DNA of 64,000 nt from assembly GCA_046350855.1 (NCBI GenBank), contig JAXLZM010000005.1:9331-73330 (forward strand), given 5' to 3'. Positions 55,734 through 64,000 of the stretch are shown here, piece by piece. The translations under genes were made by a program, and so were the position numbers. The stretch comes from Candidatus Anderseniibacteriota bacterium. GTDB lineage: Bacteria > Patescibacteriota > JAUYIX01. The first letter of the stretch is position 1. Every line of letters begins with the position of its first letter. Under the pieces are notes generated by a model. That model made no database searches. It was not told the origin of the DNA and saw only the letters and a list, made by a program, of their open reading frames with translations.

Positions 55734-56882
55734 ATGAAAAAATTACTTTCTAGCCTATTGTTCGCTGTCGTTACGACTGTCTTTTTTAACAACAGTAACC
55801 AAGCCCAAGCCGCCTTTAATGGCATCAAGCGCCTAGAAGGCGCAGATCGCTTTTTGACCGCTGTGGAGATTTCTAAGGAGGCATTTTCTGCGGACGGTTC
55901 TGCGGCCGTGGTCTATCTATACAACTCAGACAACCCAATAGATGCGTTATCTGCAGTTCCTCTGACTCAATTCGATAAAACCCAAGATCCAGCCTTTGGC
56001 GTTTCATACCAAGGCCCACTCTTGCCAGTAGAACATGGGACTACCATAACCACTGAAATTGCTGCAGAAATTAGTCGAGTTTCATCCCTGAGTGCTGGTA
56101 ATAGAGTAACAATTTTGGGAGGACCAAACGCGGTCTCTTCGATGGTTGAATCACAGTTAACCAGTCAAGGACACGTTGTTAATCGCATTGCTGGACTCAA
56201 TCGTTATGGTACGGCGGCCGAAATTGCATCTATGATTAAAAGTTTGGTTGCACCTAATGTTCCGGATATTTTTGTCGTCAACGGCGAATCCATTGCCGAT
56301 GCACTCGCCGTCTCGCCTCTCGCTGCTTCGTTAACATATACTACTGATCCTTCTTTCAATAACTATGGCGATGTAATCCTATTGACTTATAAAGATGCTG
56401 TTCCCAACGAGTCCAAGGTCTACATTAACAGCCAAAGCGGGGGCACCTTGACGATGGTCGGTGGCACGAGCGTCATTAGTAAGCCAGTTGCAGAGCAACT
56501 GGCCGAACGTCACTGGGGGGACCCAAGTAACTATTCCCGCTTTGATGGAAAAGATCGTTTCCACACTGCGCGGATAATCGGAGATAGATTTACCGATAGT
56601 GGTAGCTCCAATATGGCTTTTGGTGTTGGGCTCGCCAATGGACTCACAATGGCCGATGCACTACCCGCGGGCGTTTTGCTTGCGCAACAGTATATGCCTT
56701 TACTTCTAACCTCGGGCGAAAACATTAACTGTGATACCGCTCGTTATGTTGAGCGGTACGAATTACTTTTTGACCGCGGCTACGTGTTTGGCGGTTCTGC
56801 TGCAGTCTCGGTTACAGCTGAGGATCAGTTACAATCTCTTACGAACGGCGATACTAATGCCGCTAATCTCGGCTGTGTCTAA
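55734..56882 (+). CDS. Cell-wall-binding repeat (CW_binding_2-like) surface protein with signal peptide
   Basis: Three R..G.DR(F/Y).TA..I repeats (RLEGADRFLTAVEI, RIAGLNRYGTAAEI, RFDGKDRFHTARII). Signal peptide MKKLLSSLLFAVVTTVFF. Local GC is visibly lower than its surroundings. Confidence 0.65.
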   Translation: MKKLLSSLLFAVVTTVFFNNSNQAQAAFNGIKRLEGADRFLTAVEISKEAFSADGSAAVVYLYNSDNPIDALSAVPLTQFDKTQDPAFGVSYQGPLLPVEHGTTITTEIAAEISRVSSLSAGNRVTILGGPNAVSSMVESQLTSQGHVVNRIAGLNRYGTAAEIASMIKSLVAPNVPDIFVVNGESIADALAVSPLAASLTYTTDPSFNNYGDVILLTYKDAVPNESKVYINSQSGGTLTMVGGTSVISKPVAEQLAERHWGDPSNYSRFDGKDRFHTARIIGDRFTDSGSSNMAFGVGLANGLTMADALPAGVLLAQQYMPLLLTSGENINCDTARYVERYELLFDRGYVFGGSAAVSVTAEDQLQSLTNGDTNAANLGCV

Positions 56883-56901
56883 AGTGGAGACCACTTAGAT
56901 C

Positions 56902-58293
56902 ATGACACCGCACACCAAAGGTCGCCTCCTGGGATCTCTTGCAATCGCTGGAGGGCTCGGTCTCGGAGTTGTGTTTGGTTTTCTACTTTTTCGTTCCGGA
57001 ACGAATTCGAGCACCGCGCTCTTTGGTGGCCCAATACCACGTCATGGATTCTATACTGCAAGTGGAGCAATGGGCCTCGATCCAATCTTGAGCAAATCGA
57101 ATCTTGAAGATAGAAATCCATCCATTGCTCTCGATAAAAATAATCATCCTTACGTGGTTTGGTCTGTTTTAGCGAGTCCAACGGCAGATACAGCTGACAT
57201 CTTTTTTACTCGATGGAATGGGAGCAACTGGGTTGGAATGTCTGGTAGTTCTGCCGATAATTTGAGTAGTCCTCAAGGTGCACTGGACATCACAAAAGAT
57301 ATTGCGCCACAAATTAAACTAGATAACTCTGGTAATCCCTATGTGCTCTGGACATTGGAAACTGGATCTGGAAAAAAGTTTTTACTATCACATTACGATG
57401 GTACTAAGTGGACCGGCTTAATCGATCAAACCGGCAAACCTGATACAGTTACTACGGTCGGTAATTCGCTCATAAAAGACTTTGCTGTTGACGGTCAAGG
57501 CAGGCCCGCAGTGGTTTTTGATGAACAAAACGGAAACTCGAGCGACGTGTATCTTGTACGGTTTGATGGTAGTAAATACTCTGGATACATTGATCCTACG
57601 AGGGACCTTTTGACTTTTGGGACGCACGAAGATTTTGTCTCCGCACCTACCGTCCGATTTGCAAGTGGACCAAATGTTTCAAACCAGTCAGCTATTATCC
57701 TCTTTAAGGACGAGATACAGTCCTCGCCCGAGACCGGTACGATTTATTTACGTATGTGGGATCCGACTACCCGGAGCTATAAAGGCTTGAAAGATCAACA
57801 AGGTGATCGAGTATTAACCAGCGACTTTTTGCAAGACCTAGTGCTGTCTCTGGATGCCTCGGGTGGACCTCAGATCGCCTATAGCGTTGCTGACATGTAC
57901 AATTTTTCTATTCCTGCGGCAGCAAAATTTGTGCACTGGAACGGCTCGGGCTATGTCGGCAATCTGGGCCCAAACCCCGATATAATTCGTGAAGAGCGCC
58001 GTACGACTCGAGTAGTTAATCTTGGAGCACTCAATAGCAATAGATCAGATAAACCGTATTTTCTATTGCTTTCTCATGACCTAACACCGCCCAGTGGCTT
58101 TCAGGTGCTGATTATGCGCTGGGATGGGACACAGTACGTCGGCTTGGATTCAAACAGTCCTACGGTGGTTCCGATTCCGACGATGCCCGTCGATTTGGGA
58201 ATGGAGCTCGACACGTTAAATCGACCCAATATTACTGGTATGCAGTTTGGGTCTAATTATTTTGGAGATGTGTTTTTTACCCATTGGCTTTAG
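56902..58293 (+). CDS. Membrane-anchored repeat (beta-propeller-like) surface protein
   Basis: N-terminal TM helix and five (R/H)(W/F/Y)(N/D)G(S/T).(W/Y).G repeats. Lies in the lower-GC islet. Confidence 0.55.
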   Translation: MTPHTKGRLLGSLAIAGGLGLGVVFGFLLFRSGTNSSTALFGGPIPRHGFYTASGAMGLDPILSKSNLEDRNPSIALDKNNHPYVVWSVLASPTADTADIFFTRWNGSNWVGMSGSSADNLSSPQGALDITKDIAPQIKLDNSGNPYVLWTLETGSGKKFLLSHYDGTKWTGLIDQTGKPDTVTTVGNSLIKDFAVDGQGRPAVVFDEQNGNSSDVYLVRFDGSKYSGYIDPTRDLLTFGTHEDFVSAPTVRFASGPNVSNQSAIILFKDEIQSSPETGTIYLRMWDPTTRSYKGLKDQQGDRVLTSDFLQDLVLSLDASGGPQIAYSVADMYNFSIPAAAKFVHWNGSGYVGNLGPNPDIIREERRTTRVVNLGALNSNRSDKPYFLLLSHDLTPPSGFQVLIMRWDGTQYVGLDSNSPTVVPIPTMPVDLGMELDTLNRPNITGMQFGSNYFGDVFFTHWL

Positions 58294-58359
58294 AGATCCG
58301 TAGGTAACTCAAAACACAACTTATCTTTCGCATTTTTCAGAATAGTTTTTTCTTGCTAG

Positions 58360-60555
<2,196 letters not shown>

Positions 60556-60581
60556 GTAATTTTGTGCTACGTTCGTAACCT

Positions 60582-60932
60582 ATGGGACTGCGAGACCGTT
60601 TAGAAGAATTACGTAAGGGGCCTGGTGCGACGAGCAACGGAGCAGCTGCTCCAAAAGAAAAACGGGAGCGCGTAGGGCCGCTCCGCTATTTGCGCGAGGT
60701 GCGCGACGAGCTCGTTAAAGTGAGCTGGCCCAAGCGCAGACAGGTCGTGCGTGGCACCGTGCAAGTACTGGTCGTTTCGCTTATTTTTGTGGTTGTGCTG
60801 GGTGGCTTAGATTTGGCTTTTCAACTTGGGCTTAAGGAGTTGCTCAAGAAAGATCTGCCGGCCACGCCACCTACGGCGACAACTACGTCAGCACCCGCTA
60901 CCGACTCAACACCCGCTGCAACTGCTCAGTAG
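60582..60932 (+). CDS. secE: Preprotein translocase subunit SecE
   Basis: LRYLREVRDELVKVSWPKRRQVVRGTVQVLVVSLIFVVVLGGLD and a single TM helix, with an N-terminal extension. Confidence 0.7.
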   Translation: MGLRDRLEELRKGPGATSNGAAAPKEKRERVGPLRYLREVRDELVKVSWPKRRQVVRGTVQVLVVSLIFVVVLGGLDLAFQLGLKELLKKDLPATPPTATTTSAPATDSTPAATAQ

Positions 60933-61147
60933 GTGCCTATGCAGCCCACGCCCACTCCAGCAGCCTCTGCGACCACGAGTGCTCCGCGGCGTAAGCGCCT
61001 GCCTTGGCCCCGCCGCACGCCGGCCCGCTCAACGCCATTAAAGTAATTGGCGGAACCGCGGCCGTCTCTGACGCCGTGGCACAAGAAGCGCTCCAACGGA
61101 TCCAGTAGCGCTCGCGCAAAAGCGTGGGGCGTAGAGCCCACTCTCAT

Positions 61148-61185
61148 CCGCCGGCGGGCAGACCCCGCCGGCGGAATTGTTTGTG
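61148..61185 (+). terminator. Perfect palindromic GC hairpin (candidate terminator or regulatory structure)
   Basis: ccgccggcgg-gcagacc-ccgccggcgg (10-bp self-complementary arms) followed by aattgtttgtg. Confidence 0.35.
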
Positions 61186-61271
61186 CCTCCGTGCTAGAGT
61201 AGGGGCATGGTGTAGCCCAGTTCTCAATAGGTTTAGTTCGTTCTTACCAACTAACTCATTAGGGAACTGTC

Positions 61272-61622
61272 ATGGATACAATTTACGTCAACAACCTCGA
61301 ACTATTTGCTACCCACGGGGTCTATAAAAAAGAGCACGATGCCCCACAGCGCTTTAAGGTGAGTGTGCGTGTCTGCGTGGCGCCGCCCCTCCGTCGTCAC
61401 GACCAAATTGGGGGAACCCTCGACTACCGCTTTTTGCGACAGGCGGTTTTGCAGGTCATGCATGGGCCGCACGTGCAGCTGATCGAGGTGCTGGCCGAGC
61501 ATATCGCCGCCCTCCTCTTTACCGACAAGCGCGTTTTGAGCTGCGAGGTTGAAATCCAAAAGCTAGATCTCTGGACCAACGGACAGCCAGGCGTGCGGAT
61601 CCAACGAGTACGTGCGGAGTAA
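61272..61622 (+). CDS. folB: Dihydroneopterin aldolase
   Basis: 116 aa with the FolB pattern (IYVNNLELFATHGVYKKEHDAPQRF...LDYRFL...QLIEVLAEHIA). Confidence 0.7.
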   Translation: MDTIYVNNLELFATHGVYKKEHDAPQRFKVSVRVCVAPPLRRHDQIGGTLDYRFLRQAVLQVMHGPHVQLIEVLAEHIAALLFTDKRVLSCEVEIQKLDLWTNGQPGVRIQRVRAE

Positions 61623-61661
61623 GCGCCCCTGATTGAACAAAAAGAAAGAGACCGACTATGT

Positions 61662-62267
61662 TCAATCGGTCTCGGATTGCTTGCAGCACATCGTGCAAAC
61701 CAGGCGCTCTTCGGTGATGTTCTCCACAAAGTGGTAGGGGCGATAGTTTCTGCCAAAGAGTCCAGGAGCTCGCAGCAAGATCAGATCACCCGGCTTGGGC
61801 TCAAAAGTCCGTAGGTTGGTGCGATCCGTGTCATCGCAGACTCCGACGGTCGCGCTACCCTTGAGCATAAAGATGGCGATGAGATTGCGGAGGTTGGATG
61901 GATCTTTGTGTGGCTCGATCCCGATCTCGCCGGGTGGATAGCGTTGAAGACGGACGGTATTCAAGACAAAGGGCTGTTCAAACGGCTCTTGTGGGCGGGC
62001 CGCAGCGAAGGCTTGCAGCCAAGCCTCAAACTGGGCATGCAGTTCCCAAAAAAAACTTTTTTGGGGGAGCCGGGCTACCGCCGCCATGCGTTGCTTTACA
62101 CGACGAAGCCCCATTTCTGGCGCGGCCCACGTGTAGTGGTACGTCTCGGCCTCGATCGCTAAGAGTTCACGAGCCTCTGGTCGCAGCACCGGCGTAACAA
62201 GCACGCCCTCCTGACTGAGTGACTTAAAGAGCTGGTCGGCGGTGAGGGTGGATTGTAAAAAGTTCAT
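61662..62267 (-). CDS. Hypothetical protein (possible Fe(II)/2OG-dioxygenase-like cupin)
   Basis: 201 aa. HKD...H spacing suggestive only. Confidence 0.4.
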   Translation of the reverse strand: MNFLQSTLTADQLFKSLSQEGVLVTPVLRPEARELLAIEAETYHYTWAAPEMGLRRVKQRMAAVARLPQKSFFWELHAQFEAWLQAFAAARPQEPFEQPFVLNTVRLQRYPPGEIGIEPHKDPSNLRNLIAIFMLKGSATVGVCDDTDRTNLRTFEPKPGDLILLRAPGLFGRNYRPYHFVENITEERLVCTMCCKQSETD

Positions 62268-62446
62268 TTCGTAACCTCCAAAACCGGGTATCGCTAGCGT
62301 AGGAGGCTAGCCAGCCCGGGTCAACTAGGTTTGCTACTTGCACGATTTACCGTGGCGTGGTACAAACCAGGCGTGCCCCGGGAGGGGTATTTTTAAAACC
62401 GCTAATTCCTTGATAGACCAAAGCGGTTAATGCATAACACACGCAC

Positions 62447-62992
62447 ATGGCACGACAATTAGGCAAAAAAGAGCGCAACTGGTACGTCCTCCACACCTAC
62501 AGTGGCTACGAGGAGAACGTGACTCGAAACCTCAAACAGCGTATCGAATCCCTCGATATGGCCGATAAGATTTTTACCGTGCTCGTGCCTAAAGAGAAGA
62601 AAATCAAGATCAAGGGCGGTAAGCGCGTCACTGTAGAAGAGAAGATTTTTCCGGGCTACGTCTTTGTGGAGATGATCGTGACGGATGACTCTTGGTACGT
62701 CGTGCGCAACACGCCGAGCGTGACCGGCTTTGTGGGTAGTGGTACCATCCCGACCCCCGTGGACCGAGAGACGGTCGACAAGCTGCAGAAGCGCATGGGT
62801 GTGGCCGAGCCTAAGTACAAGATCGACGTCAAAGCAGGGGATGCGGTCAAGATTACCGATGGTCCCTTTAAGGACTTTGATGGCAAGGTCAGTAATGTTA
62901 ACGAAGAAAAAGGCCAAGTTAAGGTCTTGGTTAACATGTTTGGTCGCGAGACACCGGTTGAACTGGACTTCTTGCAGATTCGCAAAATCTAA
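62447..62992 (+). CDS. nusG: Transcription termination/antitermination factor NusG
   Basis: NGN domain WYVLHTYSGYEENV and a C-terminal KOW (GDAVKITDGPFKDFDGKV). Confidence 0.9.
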   Translation: MARQLGKKERNWYVLHTYSGYEENVTRNLKQRIESLDMADKIFTVLVPKEKKIKIKGGKRVTVEEKIFPGYVFVEMIVTDDSWYVVRNTPSVTGFVGSGTIPTPVDRETVDKLQKRMGVAEPKYKIDVKAGDAVKITDGPFKDFDGKVSNVNEEKGQVKVLVNMFGRETPVELDFLQIRKI

Positions 62993-63016
62993 CGTAGCCT
63001 ACGAACCTCACTAGCC

Positions 63017-63436
63017 ATGGCAAAAAAGATCAAAGTACAAGTTAAATTACAGCTCGCCGCGGGCAAAGCCACGCCGGCTCCTCCCGTCGCAACGGCCCTT
63101 GGACCCCACGGTATTAACTTGCCGCAATTTACTAAGGATTTTAACGATAAAACTAAGGGTCAAAACACTACGATCCCAGTGGTCGTGACGATTTACGAGG
63201 ATCGCTCGTTTACGTTTATTCTCAAGACTCCGCCCGCTGCTGATTTGCTCAAAAAAGCTGCCAAGATCGAGAAGGGCTCGGGTGAACCCAACAAAACTAA
63301 AGTTGGCACCGTGAGCAAAGCGGATGTTAAGAAAATCGCTGAGCTCAAGATGAAGGATCTCAACGCCAACGATATCGAGGCTGCCATGAAGATCATCGAG
63401 GGTAGCGCGCGCAGTATGGGACTCAACGTTAAATAG
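63017..63436 (+). CDS. rplK: 50S ribosomal protein L11
   Basis: [34 protein letters not shown]... Confidence 0.9.
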   Translation: MAKKIKVQVKLQLAAGKATPAPPVATALGPHGINLPQFTKDFNDKTKGQNTTIPVVVTIYEDRSFTFILKTPPAADLLKKAAKIEKGSGEPNKTKVGTVSKADVKKIAELKMKDLNANDIEAAMKIIEGSARSMGLNVK

Positions 63437-63447
63437 TTCATCTGGAT

Positions 63448-64000
63448 ATGCCGCACAGCAAACGCTACAAAGCACTCGTCACTCAAGCCCCCAAAGAAAA
63501 AGTCTCGATCAGCGAGGCCTTGACCTTTATTAAAGAAAAGTCGACGGAGAAATTTGACGCGACGGTTGAGTTACATGTGCGCTTGGGGATCGATCCCAAG
63601 CAGTCGGATCAGACGGTGCGTGGCTCGGTCGCCCTGCCAGCCGGCACCGGTAAAACCATGCGTGTTGCGGCCGTGGTCTCGAGCAACAAAGAAAAAGAAG
63701 CTAAAGAAGCCGGCGCGGATTTGATTGGCGAGAGCATTATCGATCAGATCAAGGCCAATAAAATGGATTTTGATGTGTTGGTGGCAACGCCCGATATGAT
63801 GTCAAAGCTTGGTCGCGTGGCCAAAGTGCTCGGACCTCGTGGTCTCATGCCAAACCCCAAGACCGAGACGGTTGGTCCGGACGTAGCTCGCATGATCAAG
63901 TCTATTAAGGCCGGTAAAGCTAACTTTAAAAACGACGAGTACGGGATCGTACACATGGGTGTTGGTAAAAAGTCGTTCAAACTAGAAGACTTGGTCAAAA
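63448..64000 (+). CDS. rplA: 50S ribosomal protein L1 (partial, runs off window end)
   Basis: Manual translation from the ATG at 63448: MPHSKRYKALVTQAPKEKVSISEALTFIKE...DPKQSDQTVRGSVALPAGTGKTMRVAAV. No stop before the window end. Confidence 0.85.
   Translation, partial: MPHSKRYKALVTQAPKEKVSISEALTFIKEKSTEKFDATVELHVRLGIDPKQSDQTVRGSVALPAGTGKTMRVAAVVSSNKEKEAKEAGADLIGESIIDQIKANKMDFDVLVATPDMMSKLGRVAKVLGPRGLMPNPKTETVGPDVARMIKSIKAGKANFKNDEYGIVHMGVGKKSFKLEDLVK

Overview
The window is a GC-rich bacterial chromosomal segment with compact, often translationally coupled genes. Its content (cell-wall-binding repeat proteins, L,D-transpeptidase, LemA, many small membrane-anchored hypotheticals) suggests a reduced-genome monoderm organism. 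A Patescibacteria/CPR-like origin is possible, but that is inference only. Housekeeping genes present are recG, clpC-like, recX, htpX, trpF, comFC, ligA, dedA, gatCA, ppiB, rmuC, a UvrD-like helicase-nuclease, nrdDG, pheST, gyrB, secE, folB, nusG, rplK, rplA(partial) and seven tRNA genes (Arg, Ser, Ser, Asp, fMet, Met/Ile2-CAT). Two accessory systems stand out. (1) A complete diversity-generating retroelement (DGR) at about 29.7-32.8 kb. It has a target gene whose C-terminal VR differs from a downstream TR only at TR adenines (21 A-to-N changes over 144 nt, no other mismatch). It also has an Avd-like four-helix-bundle gene on the opposite strand and a DGR-type reverse transcriptase. (2) At the 5' edge, a type IV secretion/conjugative-pilus-like module. 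It consists of the C-terminus of a VirB4-family ATPase, three tandem ATGA-coupled paralogous ~680-aa tail-anchored surface proteins with thrombospondin-type-3-like Asp-rich repeats, a VirB2/TrbC-like pilin candidate and a membrane-anchored beta-propeller protein. Other notable points: a ~4 kb gene-decay tract (12.6-16.5 kb) containing a DEAD-box helicase pseudogene with ruined catalytic motifs. Single-base frameshifts split pheT, and an 11-nt insertion splits nrdD; these may be assembly errors or real lesions. A lower-GC islet (55.7-58.3 kb) carries two surface proteins, with a G9 tract in the promoter spacer of the first. A short motif TAATTGGCRGAACC recurs immediately after stop codons. No rRNA, CRISPR array or intact IS element was recognised.
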